NCBI GenBank assembly: GCA_963845565.1
Contig: CAWJSJ010000002.1
Coordinates: 672,001-736,000 of the forward strand
Direction of reading: 5' to 3'
Length of the DNA: 64,000 nucleotides
From: an uncultured Methylomirabilota bacterium
GTDB taxonomy: Bacteria; Methylomirabilota; Methylomirabilia; Methylomirabilales; 2-02-FULL-66-22
The translations under genes and the position numbers were made by a program. This document shows, piece by piece, positions 1 through 9,484 of the stretch. The first letter of the stretch is position 1. Every line of letters begins with the position of its first letter. The notes under the pieces are model-generated. The model ran no database searches and was not told the origin of the DNA. It saw only the letters and a program-made list of their open reading frames with translations.

Positions 1-1887
1 CGTGAAACCGAAGACCCTCGCGAAGAAATAGAGTTCTCCCTCCAGCGCCCGACGGATGTTCTCCGCCTTCCGGAAGCCGTGCTGTTCGCCTTCGAAGGGT
101 ACGTAGGCCGTCGGGACGCCCCGTTTTCGCAGGGCGTCGAACAGCCTCTCCGCTTGATTCGGCGGGACGACCTTGTCGTCCAGACCCTGGAAGAAGATCA
201 CGGGGCGGTCCAGGCCCTCCAGGTGATGCAGCGGCGATCGTGCGAGGTAGAGGTCGCGCCGCTCGGGGTAGAGGCCGATCAGGCCGTCCAGGTAGCGCGA
301 CTCGAACTTGTGCGTGTCCTGCGCCAGCATCTCGCAGTCGCTGACCCCGTAGTGGCTGGCCCCGGCGGCGAAGACCTTCCGGAAGGCAAGGCAGGCCAGC
401 GTGGTGTAACCGCCGGCGCTGCCCCCCCGGATGGCGAGGCGCTTCCCATCGACGCGCCCCGCCGCCGCCAGGTAGGTCGCGCCGAAACAACAGTCATCCA
501 CGTCCACCACCCCCCACGCCCCGCAGAGCCGCTCGCGATACGCCCGCCCGTACCCGGTGCTACCGCCGTAGTTCACGTCCAGGACGGCGATCCCACGACT
601 GGTGTAGAACTGGATGTTCAACCGCAACGCCGTGGAGGTCATGGAGGTCGGGCCCCCGTGGATCATCACCACCAGCGGGGGCCGCTCGCCCGGCGGCGCC
701 ACGAAGTCCGGGTTCCTGGGTGGATAGAAGAGGCCGTGGGCCGTTCGACCCTCCGCGGTCGGAAACTCGATGGGCTCGGGCGCCGACAGGTACTCGGGGC
801 CGATCGCGAGCGCGGTGGAACGACGCAGGACCTGGCGATGGCCGGTTTCCAGGTCCAGGCGAATGACCGACAACGGCTCGCTGGGCGAGCCGGCCAGGAA
901 GACCGCGTGCGAGCCGCGGCATTGGACCGAGGCGATGTCGGTGAAGGGGAGGTCGATCGGCGAGAGTCGCCCGGTGTTGGTGTCGAGACTGGCGAGTGCC
1001 CAGGTCCCTCGGCGGGTGAGGGCGCACAGGATGCGATGCGGGGCGGCGAAGGCGTAGTTGGTCATCCCGAAGACCCATGGCGGCGTGGCGAACTCCGCGT
1101 CCAGGTTGGTCAACGGCTCGACGCGACCACTGACGACGCCGTACAGGTTCCACCAGTCGCTGCGGTCCGACGCGAAGTGGAGCGTGCCGCCGGGTGACCA
1201 GACAGGCTGGATGGCCGACTCGAGGGCGCCGCCCGCGATGTGAATGGGCTTGCCCAACGCACCATGACCCTCGACCGGCGCCATCCAGAGTTCGGCGGCA
1301 TCCCACGGCATGTGGGGATGGCTCCACTCCAGCCACGCGAGCGAGGCGCCGTCCGGGCTGAGCCGCGGGGCCGCGTAAAAATCCCGGCCCGCCGCTAGCA
1401 CCTGGTCCGGCCCGCCGCCTTCCGGGTCCAGCGCGACGATAGCATTGCGGGGCTCGTCGTCGTGCGTGTGATCCTCGCGCACACAGACAATCCGCCGCCG
1501 CCGCGCGTCCCAGGCGTAATCCGCGTACCGCAGGCCGCCCGGCGGTGTGAGGGGCGCCGCCGCCCCATCGGGTCGGAGGCGATACACGCGCTGGTCGGAG
1601 AAGTTCGAGAAGTAGATCACCCCGTCCGCGACGAGATAGGAGCCGCCCCCGTACTCGTGCACGCGAGTGCGGGCGTTGTAACCATCGGGAATGGCGTCCT
1701 CGACGGTCCCGTCCGGTCGGTGTCGGACCACCACGGACCGCCCGCCCTCTGAGGGCCGCATCTCCAGCCAGTACACGGCGTCGCCGTCCAGCCGGATCTC
1801 GCTGAGGCCGATGGCACCCGACGCGATCTCGGCAGCGCTGAGCGGCGAGGTCCAGGATCCATAGGGCCGGGTATGCGGTGCACTCAT
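1..1887 (-). CDS. S9 family (prolyl oligopeptidase/acylaminoacyl) peptidase, 3' end runs off the window
   Basis: Manual translation of the minus strand: starts MSAPHTRPYGSWTSPL after GGAG. Contains HGGP, GGSAGG (nucleophile), FEGEQHGFRK and ends ELYFFARVFGFT at base 1. Absent from the ORF track because there is no stop in the window. Confidence 0.93.
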   Translation of the reverse strand, partial: MSAPHTRPYGSWTSPLSAAEIASGAIGLSEIRLDGDAVYWLEMRPSEGGRSVVVRHRPDGTVEDAIPDGYNARTRVHEYGGGSYLVADGVIYFSNFSDQRVYRLRPDGAAAPLTPPGGLRYADYAWDARRRRIVCVREDHTHDDEPRNAIVALDPEGGGPDQVLAAGRDFYAAPRLSPDGASLAWLEWSHPHMPWDAAELWMAPVEGHGALGKPIHIAGGALESAIQPVWSPGGTLHFASDRSDWWNLYGVVSGRVEPLTNLDAEFATPPWVFGMTNYAFAAPHRILCALTRRGTWALASLDTNTGRLSPIDLPFTDIASVQCRGSHAVFLAGSPSEPLSVIRLDLETGHRQVLRRSTALAIGPEYLSAPEPIEFPTAEGRTAHGLFYPPRNPDFVAPPGERPPLVVMIHGGPTSMTSTALRLNIQFYTSRGIAVLDVNYGGSTGYGRAYRERLCGAWGVVDVDDCCFGATYLAAAGRVDGKRLAIRGGSAGGYTTLACLAFRKVFAAGASHYGVSDCEMLAQDTHKFESRYLDGLIGLYPERRDLYLARSPLHHLEGLDRPVIFFQGLDDKVVPPNQAERLFDALRKRGVPTAYVPFEGEQHGFRKAENIRRALEGELYFFARVFGFT

Positions 1888-1971
1888 CTCCCACTCCTTT
1901 CCCGTGCCACGCGGGACGCGCGATTCAGATGACCCATGCTACCACACGGACCGCGGGAAAGGAGCGACGAC

Positions 1972-2433
1972 ATGCGGCGGGATGATGCGGTGGTGCCGCT
2001 GGCGGAGATCGAGCGGCACATTCTCACTCTTCGAGGGCAAAAGCTGATGCTGGACGGTGATCTGGCTGACCTCTACGGGGTCCCCACCAAACGGCTGAAT
2101 GAACAAGGCCGGCGCAATCTGGGGCGCTTTCCGCCGGACTTCATGTTTCAGTTGTCCGCGGAAGAGGTGAGCGCTTTGAGGTCGCAAATTGCGACCTCAA
2201 AACCAGGACGTGGCGGGCGGCACTATCTCCCGTATGCCTTTTCCGAGCATGGGGCCATCATGCTGGCAAAGGCGATTCTCTCCCTGGTCCCGACGATCCG
2301 CCAGCTCATGGCTCCGCCGGAGAAGCCACGGAGGTCCATCGGGTTCAAGGTCGAGGAGGGCCGGCCCGTATACCGGCGGCCGCGGCGACGTAACGCGCGA
2401 TGCGTTCAGTATGGTGTCCCCGGAATTTGCTGA
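1972..2433 (+). CDS. ORF6N-domain DNA-binding protein, apparently internally deleted
   Basis: Motifs ILTLRGQKLMLDGDLADLYGVPTKRLNEQ..RN..RFPPDFMFQL and YLPYAFSEHGAIM, with RBS GAAAGGAG. The usual VVRAFV/coiled-coil segment is missing, and the tail CVQYGVPGIC is read from repeat DNA. Confidence 0.78.
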   Translation: MRRDDAVVPLAEIERHILTLRGQKLMLDGDLADLYGVPTKRLNEQGRRNLGRFPPDFMFQLSAEEVSALRSQIATSKPGRGGRHYLPYAFSEHGAIMLAKAILSLVPTIRQLMAPPEKPRRSIGFKVEEGRPVYRRPRRRNARCVQYGVPGIC

Positions 2434-2720
2434 GCCACTGTCCCCGTCGAATATCCCTGTCCCCCCGTCGGTACCGCAGGCGGCGACCGAGCGGCCGGCG
2501 GAGTCAGTGAGCTTGGACAGGGTGCACTCGGCCGAAGAGCGCGAACAATCGAAAACGGGGACGGGGGATTTCAAGCAGTTACGCGTCCGAAGGTGTCCGG
2601 TACCTTTTTTGCGGGTTGAGGAAGGGCGGCCGGCGTATCGGCGCCGCCGTCGGCAGCAGAGCAGCGCCGCAAAGGCCCGATCTGAGCCCCTGTCCCTGCC
2701 GAATATCGCTGTCGCCCCGG
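2341..2720. repeat. Imperfect direct duplication of the ORF6N 3' end, with interspersed short repeat motifs
   Basis: About 2350-2390 (VEEGRPVYRR) resembles about 2615-2655 (VEEGRPAYRR). TGAGCCACTGTCCCCGTCGAATATCCCTGTC at 2431 resembles TGAGCCCCTGTCCCTGCCGAATATCGCTGTC at 2683. Confidence 0.65.
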
Positions 2721-2805
2721 GGGACGTCAACCACGCGCATTCCGCTTTGCCCGGCTAGCTCTCTCGTGCATAATGAGGCCCGCCTGCGTTGCCCGGGGAG
2801 CCCCC

Positions 2806-3744
2806 ATGCCCTTCGACCTGTGCCGGAGTCTGATCGAGAACGTCTCGCGTGTCATCGTCGGCAAGGGGCCGACGATCGAGCTACTGGTGGCGGCGCTCCT
2901 CGCCGAGGGGCACGTGCTGATCGAGGACCTGCCGGGCCTCGGGAAGACCCTCATCGCCAAGACGCTGGCCCGGAGCATCGGCGCGACCTTCAAGCGCATC
3001 CAGTTCACGCCCGACCTCTTGCCGGCCGATGTCACCGGCTTCAACGTGTACAACCAGCAGAGCGGGCAGTTCACGTTCCAGCCTGGGCCGGTGCTCACCC
3101 ACGTCCTGCTGGCCGACGAGATCAATCGCACCATTCCCCGCACCCAGGCGAGCCTCCTCGAGAGCATGGAGGAGCGCCAGGTCACGGTGGACGGGAAGAC
3201 GTACCCCCTCCCCCGCCCCTTCCTCGTCCTGGCCACGCAGAACCCCATCGAGATGGAGGGCACGTTCCCGCTGCCGGAGGCCCAGCTTGACCGGTTCCTG
3301 CTCCGCGTGCGGATCGGCTACCCCGAGGCGCACGAGGAGATCGCGATCCTCGAGCGGTTCCAGGAGCGCGACCCGCTGCACGAGCTGCAGCCCGTCGCGG
3401 CGCCTGAAGACGTGGCCGCGCTGCAGGAGGCCCGGAGAAAGATTCACGTCTCCGGCGCGGTCCGCGAGTACATCACCGCCATCGTTCGCGCCACGCGGGA
3501 GAACGCCGCGCTGCGTCTCGGCGCCAGCCCCCGCGGCTCGCTGGCCCTGATGCGCGCCGGCCAGGCCCGGGCCGTTCTCCACGGCCGCGACTTTGTCCTC
3601 CCCGACGACGTGAAGGCCCTCGCCGTCCCCGTCCTGGCCCACCGTCTGATCCTCCGGGAGGAAGAGCGATTGCGCGGCACCACGCAGGATCGGCTCGCGG
3701 AAGAGATCACAGAGGCGGTCCCCGTACCCGCGCCCGGCCGCTGA
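2806..3744 (+). CDS. moxR: MoxR family AAA+ ATPase
   Basis: GHVLIEDLPGLGKT, RIQFTPDLLPADVTG, LLADEINR, ATQNPIEMEGTFPLPEAQLDRF, GASPR. Confidence 0.96.
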   Translation: MPFDLCRSLIENVSRVIVGKGPTIELLVAALLAEGHVLIEDLPGLGKTLIAKTLARSIGATFKRIQFTPDLLPADVTGFNVYNQQSGQFTFQPGPVLTHVLLADEINRTIPRTQASLLESMEERQVTVDGKTYPLPRPFLVLATQNPIEMEGTFPLPEAQLDRFLLRVRIGYPEAHEEIAILERFQERDPLHELQPVAAPEDVAALQEARRKIHVSGAVREYITAIVRATRENAALRLGASPRGSLALMRAGQARAVLHGRDFVLPDDVKALAVPVLAHRLILREEERLRGTTQDRLAEEITEAVPVPAPGR

Positions 3745-3748
3745 GGCC

Positions 3749-4897
3749 GTGGACACCCTGCCGCCGCGCATCTCCAGCCTCTTCGTCCTTCCCCCGGGCC
3801 TGTGCCTCATCGGCCTGCTCCTCTTCGTGGCGCTGCTGAACGGCCAGCGCGAGCTGACCGTCCTCTCGCTCCTGGTCCTCGGCATGGCGGGGGTCGCAAA
3901 GCTCTGGGCCCGGGCAACGCGGGCCGGTCTGCGCTGCCGGGTGGCGCTCGACCGGGACCGCCTCTTCCCCGGGGAAACGGCACGTCTCACGGCCGAGGTC
4001 GAGAACCGCCGCGTCCTGCCCGCGCTGGTCGAGGTGGCGGTGCCCGCCCAGGGCCTCCTCCCCCCCGGCCAAAAAGCCGCGCACGGGGAGCGAGGCCTGC
4101 TCTGGTATCAGACGGGCACGTTTCGGTGGGAACTGCAGGCGTTCCGCCGCGGGGTGTACCAGGTGGGACCTGGGCGCATGCGAAGCGGCGACCTCCTCGG
4201 CTTCTACGCCGCCAGCCGGACGGCCGGGGAGCCCGCGGAAGTCCTCGTCTATCCGCGGATCCGACCGCTCGCACGTCCCGCCGTGCCGCGGCGCGATTTC
4301 TTCGGGATTCCCGGGGCTGACAGCCCCGTCCGGGATCCGGTCTACATCCTGGGGACCCGCGACTACCAGCCGGGGCGCCCGGCCAAGCACATCCACTGGA
4401 AAGCGAGCGCCCGCCACCACCGGCTGCAGGAGAAACTCTTCGAGCCCTCCGAGCAGGAGAAGGTGCTGCTGGCGGTCACGGTGGAGGGCTTCGCGCAGGC
4501 CGAGGCCGAAGCGTTCGAGGGGACGATCGAGGCCTGTGCCTCCCTCGCCGTGCGGCTCGACCGCGCCGGCGTCGCGCTCGGCATCGCGGTGGACGGCGTT
4601 CTGGTGGGCGCGGCGGCGGCGCTGGTGCCCGTCGGCCGACGTCCGCATCAGCTCCAGGCCATTCTGGAGCTGCTGGCCCGCCTCACATCGACGCCCGCGG
4701 CGCCGCTCCTGGACGTCCTGGGGCCGACCCTGCCCTGGGGCCTGACCTGTGTCTGCTTCTCGCTGGAGGGCGCCCGGGGCGCGGCCGTCGCGTCCCTGGA
4801 GCACCGCCGGGTGCCCGTGCTGCGGGTGGCGGCGCGACCCGGCCCGGAAGCGAGCGCCCACGCCCTGGACGTCATCCCGGCGGGAGGGCGAGCGTGA
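3749..4897 (+). CDS. DUF58 domain membrane-anchored protein (MoxR partner)
   Basis: Two N-terminal TM segments, VLVYPRI, RDYQPGRPAKHIHWKASAR, and position directly after moxR. Confidence 0.9.
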   Translation: MDTLPPRISSLFVLPPGLCLIGLLLFVALLNGQRELTVLSLLVLGMAGVAKLWARATRAGLRCRVALDRDRLFPGETARLTAEVENRRVLPALVEVAVPAQGLLPPGQKAAHGERGLLWYQTGTFRWELQAFRRGVYQVGPGRMRSGDLLGFYAASRTAGEPAEVLVYPRIRPLARPAVPRRDFFGIPGADSPVRDPVYILGTRDYQPGRPAKHIHWKASARHHRLQEKLFEPSEQEKVLLAVTVEGFAQAEAEAFEGTIEACASLAVRLDRAGVALGIAVDGVLVGAAAALVPVGRRPHQLQAILELLARLTSTPAAPLLDVLGPTLPWGLTCVCFSLEGARGAAVASLEHRRVPVLRVAARPGPEASAHALDVIPAGGRA

Positions 4898-6300
4898 TCG
4901 TCCTCCTCGCCATCTGCATGGAGGTCTCCTGGCTGTCCGCCTGGGCCACGCTCGGCACCGCGGCGATGCTGGGACACCCCTTCGCGCTGGTCGAAGCCGC
5001 GATCGCGCTCGCCGGTGCGGTCCTCGTCACGCGTCTGTCATCGGGGCGCGGCTGGCTGGTGCTCGGCGTGCTGACGCTCCAGGCCGCTGGGCTCCTGGGG
5101 GCCACCGCGCTCGTCCTCCACGCGCTCTATTCCCCCGCAGAGCCGCTCATGGCGACCGCCTGGCTGCGCGACCTGGTCCGCGCAGACCAGCCGCCCCAGC
5201 AGTGGGCCATCCTCGTCGTCAACGGCGCCTGGGCGCTCGCCTTCTGGCTGTCCGGTGTGCTGCTCGCGCGCCGAGGGCAGACGTATGAGCGCCTCTGCGC
5301 GCGATTCGATGTCGGCCTGGCGGCCTTCTTCGCCCTGTTCCTGGTTCGGCTCGCCGTCGCCGCCAACGGCGGCGCCGTGGACGACCCGATCTCGCACCTC
5401 TTCATGTTCCCGTTCGTCGTCGCGAGCCTGGTCGCCATCGGCCTGGTGCGCACGGCGGGTGACAGCCCGACCGCCTTCCTCTCCGGCCATCGGGGCGCCG
5501 GCATCTTCCTCACCTTCGCTGCCACCGCGCTGCTCTCCGCCGCCACCCTCACGCTCGTCGCCCTGCCCTATCTGCGGGCGGCCTCGCAGGTCGGGCTGAC
5601 GGGCCTGAAGGCCGCCGGCCGCGTCGTCAGCCCGCTCTTGATCTGGATCCTACGGCTTCTCTTCGCACCGCAGACCCTTCGGACGGACGCCGGCGGGGCG
5701 CGGAGCGGGGGCGGTACGCCGGATGTCAGCGGCGTGATGGCGCAGGGTGGTGGGTGGTGGGGCGAGATGCTCGAGAAGCTTCTGGGATGGGGCCTGGTAG
5801 GGGCCGTCGCCCTCGCCGGGGCGGCGGCCGTCGGCGTGGCCCTCTTCTACCTGTGCAGATACCTGCTGTCGCGCACCAGGCGAAGCCGGCCAGGGCCGCG
5901 ACGCCGTCGATGGCTCTTTCGTCTCCGGCCTCGGCCCAGCCGCCGCGCGGCCGCCCTAACGGCAACCGATTTTTATGTCCGGCTCCTCGGCTGGGCGAGA
6001 CGAAGCGGGCTGCCGCGCGCCACGGCCGAGACGGCCTCCGAGCTCGCCGCACGCCTGCAAGGCCGCTTTCCGCCGCTCGCCGCGACGATTGCGGCGATCG
6101 TGAAAGCCTACAACGAGGAAGCCTACCGCGAGGTCGGGCCCGGCCCGGCTGGGCTGGGGGAGCTTGGCGCCGCCTGGCGGGAGCTCCGGCGCGTCGCGCA
6201 TTGGCCGACGCGGCTCCACGCCTGGTGGACCGCGTCGGCGGAACCCGGTCAGGCGCCTCTGCCCATCCCAGCGAACCGTCCGCGCTCGCACCCGACCTAG
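4894..6300 (+). CDS. Polytopic membrane protein with C-terminal DUF4129-like domain
   Basis: Many hydrophobic helices and C-terminal Y.RLL.W...GLPR..AETASE..RL...Y.E.AY pattern. Third gene of the MoxR-DUF58 triad, 4-bp overlap. Confidence 0.8.
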   Translation: MIVLLAICMEVSWLSAWATLGTAAMLGHPFALVEAAIALAGAVLVTRLSSGRGWLVLGVLTLQAAGLLGATALVLHALYSPAEPLMATAWLRDLVRADQPPQQWAILVVNGAWALAFWLSGVLLARRGQTYERLCARFDVGLAAFFALFLVRLAVAANGGAVDDPISHLFMFPFVVASLVAIGLVRTAGDSPTAFLSGHRGAGIFLTFAATALLSAATLTLVALPYLRAASQVGLTGLKAAGRVVSPLLIWILRLLFAPQTLRTDAGGARSGGGTPDVSGVMAQGGGWWGEMLEKLLGWGLVGAVALAGAAAVGVALFYLCRYLLSRTRRSRPGPRRRRWLFRLRPRPSRRAAALTATDFYVRLLGWARRSGLPRATAETASELAARLQGRFPPLAATIAAIVKAYNEEAYREVGPGPAGLGELGAAWRELRRVAHWPTRLHAWWTASAEPGQAPLPIPANRPRSHPT

Positions 6301-6338
6301 CCCCGCCGTGTCCTGCAGCGCGGCAGCGGCACAGAGAC

Positions 6339-6364
6339 GGGTTCGATTCCCTCGCGTGGCACCA
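6339..6364 (+). other. tRNA 3'-end fragment (T-arm, acceptor strand, CCA); att-like scar
   Basis: GGGTTCGATTCCCTCGCGTGGCACCA with no D-arm or anticodon arm upstream. Confidence 0.55.
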
Positions 6365-6561
6365 TCCGGCCCGCGGAACCCAACCGGCTACCGGGGGACG
6401 TTCCGGCGTAGATTGTCTTACGCTCCCGTCGGGAGCCCGCATCCCGCAGAGCACGACGAGGACGCAGGATCCAGGTGCGCGTGCTGTGTGTGGTGCCCTG
6501 CCCCCATTCACACCCTTGCAAAAGCCGTCGTCGGGTCGATGAGTGGCATCAATAAGAGGGT

Positions 6562-6580
6562 TGGTGCCGGGGGCCCGAAC
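6562..6580 (-). other. Degenerate tRNA(Leu)-like 3'-end fragment
   Basis: Reverse complement reads GTTCGGGCCCCCGGCACCA. Confidence 0.4.
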
Positions 6581-6665
6581 ACACGGGTGTAATTACTTGG
6601 AAACAGGAGCTTCTGGTGGTGCCGTTCAGCGGGGAGTCGGCGGCTTGAGCACATTGGCTCCGCAT

Positions 6666-6944
6666 TCAGGACGCGGGGGCAGTCCCCTGAGGCAGGGAGT
6701 GTACGCGCCCGGGTCGGGCCCGCCAGGGTTCTTGCGATCCAAAGGGTTCCGACCACGGAGCGTTACCGGCCTGGGTGATAGTAGGGGCGATACGGGGAAG
6801 CATGGAGTACCCCCCTCCCCCATGGCCTCTATAGTACCCGCCGTCCCCATACCACCACCCGCCACGCGGGACGATGACACACCCGGACAGGAGCGTCGCC
6901 GTCAGCACGCCAACCGCGAGGAGCAGCATATTCCGGGATTTCAT
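6666..6944 (-). CDS. Small Gly/Tyr-rich lipoprotein; true stop may be 6763 after an indel
   Basis: Signal peptide plus lipobox LSGC, then VIVPRGGWWYGDGGYYRGHGGGGY. An alternative frame continues PYRPYYHPGR*. Confidence 0.7.
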   Translation of the reverse strand: MKSRNMLLLAVGVLTATLLSGCVIVPRGGWWYGDGGYYRGHGGGGYSMLPRIAPTITQAGNAPWSEPFGSQEPWRARPGRVHSLPQGTAPAS

Positions 6945-7094
6945 GTTGTACCCTCTGAGGGACGGGCCGTGGGGTCCGCTCGCACGACCCGTCCCGTTCC
7001 GCGTACCTTCTGATCCATCCGCAGTCGATCCGAACTCGATCTGATCCGTGATCTTCCACCGTGGTCCGTCGTGCCCCTCGCCCGGCGCGACGAG

Positions 7095-7449
7095 TTAATG
7101 GCGGTTCCATCCACGCCCACGCTCGTACCGTGCCTGATGCCAGTGGTGCCCGGGCGCCGCGTGGCGATGGATCACCACCGGGGCCGACTGGTAGACGACG
7201 GGGGGGGCGACGTACACCACCGGCGGCGCGGGCGCGTACACGATCGGGGGGGGCGCATAGGCAACGGGGAGGGCGAGTACCGGGGGCGAAGGCATTCACA
7301 AGCACGCCCCCGACCACAGCGGCCGTGGCCCCGAGAACCAGTCCCGCCGCCAAGGCACTCCCCGAATGACGATCCCCCGCCAGTGCGGCGCCGGGAAGGG
7401 CAGCGCACAACAGGGCTCCAAGCAGAGTGATCACGAGGAACTTACGCAT
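7095..7449 (-). CDS. Secreted Pro-rich (PXPV-like) protein with one apparent frameshift
   Basis: RBS AGGAAGGAGG, signal peptide MRKFLVITLLGALLCAALPGAALA and a glycine-zipper-like stretch. After a shift in the G-run near 7282-7286 it continues PVAYAPPPIVYAPAPPVVYVAPP...HHWH. Confidence 0.72.
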
Positions 7450-7770
7450 TTGACGCCCTCCTTCCTGAACGACGTTGACTTCCTTCATGCCTCGCTAGTT
7501 TGACCATCACATGTGAGTGAGTAGTCACTTATATGTCTGCATTGTTGTACGTGTTATGCTCCTGCGGTGTTTCATGATTTCCTTCGAGCCATACGCCGTC
7601 CTATTCTCACCACATGATCACAACCCGGATGGTCGTATTTTCTTGTAGATAGAAGAACAATATAGGGCGGGAGGAAGCGAAAAGGCGGCCTGGCCTGAAG
7701 GGATTCCAGTTCCAAAAAAATCCTGTCGCGGAACAGACGGGGGGATTACTCCTGGGCATCTCTGCCCTCA

Positions 7771-7793
7771 TCCCCGAGGGGAATCGAACCCTT
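7771..7793 (-). other. tRNA(Glu)-like T-arm/acceptor fragment; att-like scar
   Basis: Reverse complement reads AAGGGTTCGATTCCCCTCGGGGA. Confidence 0.5.
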
Positions 7794-8014
7794 CAGGGGT
7801 TTGTCGAAGCCCAGCAAGAAGTTACTGGCGGGAACGATTCTCCAGGGGGATCTTCTTCAAAGATATCCCCGACGCAGGACCGGGGATCGTCCCGGCCTCC
7901 GCCCCGATACCGCTTCACGGCGGGCAATCGGCCTGTCCGGATACGGTCGCAGAGCGTATTGACGGACAGGCGGACGGTCGTGCCAAAGGCTTTCAGCGTC
8001 ATGTCCCGATCCAC
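7793..8014 (-). pseudogene. Excisionase-type HTH remnant
   Basis: MTLKAFGTTVRLSVNTLCDRIRTGRLPAVK fits the excisionase/HTH_17 pattern. The C-terminus is degenerate and abuts the tRNA fragment. Confidence 0.5.
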
Positions 8015-8351
8015 GGTCTACCCCCTCCCGACAGCGCCCCGGAAGCAGACAGCGCACGATTGCTGGAAGAACCCTGGGGCCGGATGCACACCGTCCATCC
8101 CCACCGGCATATGCATCGCCGCTTGGGGTGGAGGCGGAGCCGAGTCCTTCCCCCTTTGAGCCCCGACGCGCCCCAAGGGTGGGCGACCTCCGTCCAGATC
8201 TCCCTCGTCACAATTGTCGAGCGGCTCGACTGTTTCGTCGAATCGGATGGCCTGCTGGGGCCGCCCCCGAGTGCTCTCGCCTTCTCGGAAATGCATGCGG
8301 GCCGTGAATGGAGGGCGCGTTCTGTCCCGTGTGCCTTTTCGTTTCCAAGCA

Positions 8352-8367
8352 TGGCATACCTCTTGCT
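8352..8367 (+). promoter_or_regulatory. Putative sigma54 -24/-12 promoter
   Basis: TGGCATACCTCTTGCT (GG-N10-GC), about 100 bp upstream of the ATG at 8471. Confidence 0.7.
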
Positions 8368-8470
8368 CCCCTTCTTGGCCCCGGTGGGAATCGTGACCGG
8401 CGTGCGTCCGACACGGAGTTCTTGACCTCACCGCATACGCTTTACCTCTACCACCAGACAGGAGGAACAC

Positions 8471-8788
8471 ATGACCCGGAAACAGACGTTGATCGCAGGA
8501 CTGGCGCTGGCGCTGGCGGTCAGCATGGCGGGCGAAGCCCTGGCGCGCGGCGGCAAGGGCCGCGGGGCGATGGACGGGCAAGGGAAGCAGGGTCGCGGCC
8601 AAACTGCGGCCTCGACCACGCCGACCCGGCCCGAGGGTTCGCAGCGACGCGACGGCACCTTCCAGAGCACCGGGACGACCGCCAACGGCGCCACCACCCG
8701 GCCCGGCAATGGCCGCGGCCTGCAGGACGGAAGCCACCTCTCCACGCCGACGATCACCACCGGCACCACTGCCCCCACGGCCCAGTAG
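8471..8788 (+). CDS. Small secreted Gly/Thr-rich low-complexity protein
   Basis: GGAGG RBS, signal peptide ending ALA, RRDGT and QDGS motifs. Confidence 0.78.
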   Translation: MTRKQTLIAGLALALAVSMAGEALARGGKGRGAMDGQGKQGRGQTAASTTPTRPEGSQRRDGTFQSTGTTANGATTRPGNGRGLQDGSHLSTPTITTGTTAPTAQ

Positions 8789-9406
8789 CCATTGACGGCG
8801 GCGGAGGAGGGACTCCCCCCGCTTCCGCCGCCGCATCTCCCTGCTCGCCCCCCTCGATAGCCCGGTTGGCCTGCCCCCACTGATTAGTCCACCGCGACCG
8901 TCCGTTCAAGCCGGCTCTGGGGTGCCCGAGAATCCTCGGCAACTTCCAGCATTTCTCAACCGATCCCCACTGCACGGTGGGGCAATGGTGGGTGCTACGT
9001 GCCAACTGGAAAAACCGACGCAATTCCCATGGTGTAATCCCGGAGAGGACTACTCAACCATCATTCAGTGACGGGCGGCTCATCCAGTCGCCTCCTCGTG
9101 CTCGGTGCGCTCTCTCGAATCCGCCTCACCTCCCACCATTCCTCCTGGTGATCTGCGATCTCCCAAGCACGCCCCCTTCGCGGGATTCTGCGAGAGTGTT
9201 CTATCTATGCCGGAATGATTTGGCGATGGGCTGACGGTGATCCATGCAGTGATCGGCTGCGGTGGCGTGACCATGCATTTCCGGCGTCCAGGAAACCGGG
9301 AGCGTCACAGGCGCGGTGAACGGTTGCCAGCTTGACGTGTCCTACGCGGAGACCTCTCCTGTCAAAGAACGGAGATTTGGGCCAGCCGCGAGCCAGCCGC
9401 GAGCCT

Positions 9407-9435
9407 TTGACTTCACTCTGTACGGATGGTAATTT
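9407..9435 (+). promoter_or_regulatory. Putative sigma70 promoter
   Basis: TTGACT-N17-TAATTT, 50 bp before 9485. Confidence 0.5.
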
Positions 9436-9484
9436 TAGCGGAGCGCGTGGTCTCTCCGCGCTGCAGCCGACCCGGGAGGCGCAC

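Noticed and set aside
2806..6300. MoxR-DUF58-DUF4129 as a novel system
   Set aside because: This is a widespread, already recognised gene triad with nothing unusual here.
6301..6364. Intact tRNA gene
   Set aside because: Only the T-arm and 3' acceptor strand are present. No D-arm, anticodon arm or matching 5' strand was found.
9381..9405. 11-bp tandem repeat GCCAGCCGCGA x2 just upstream of a -35 box
   Set aside because: Too short and GC-rich to distinguish from chance, though it could be an operator.
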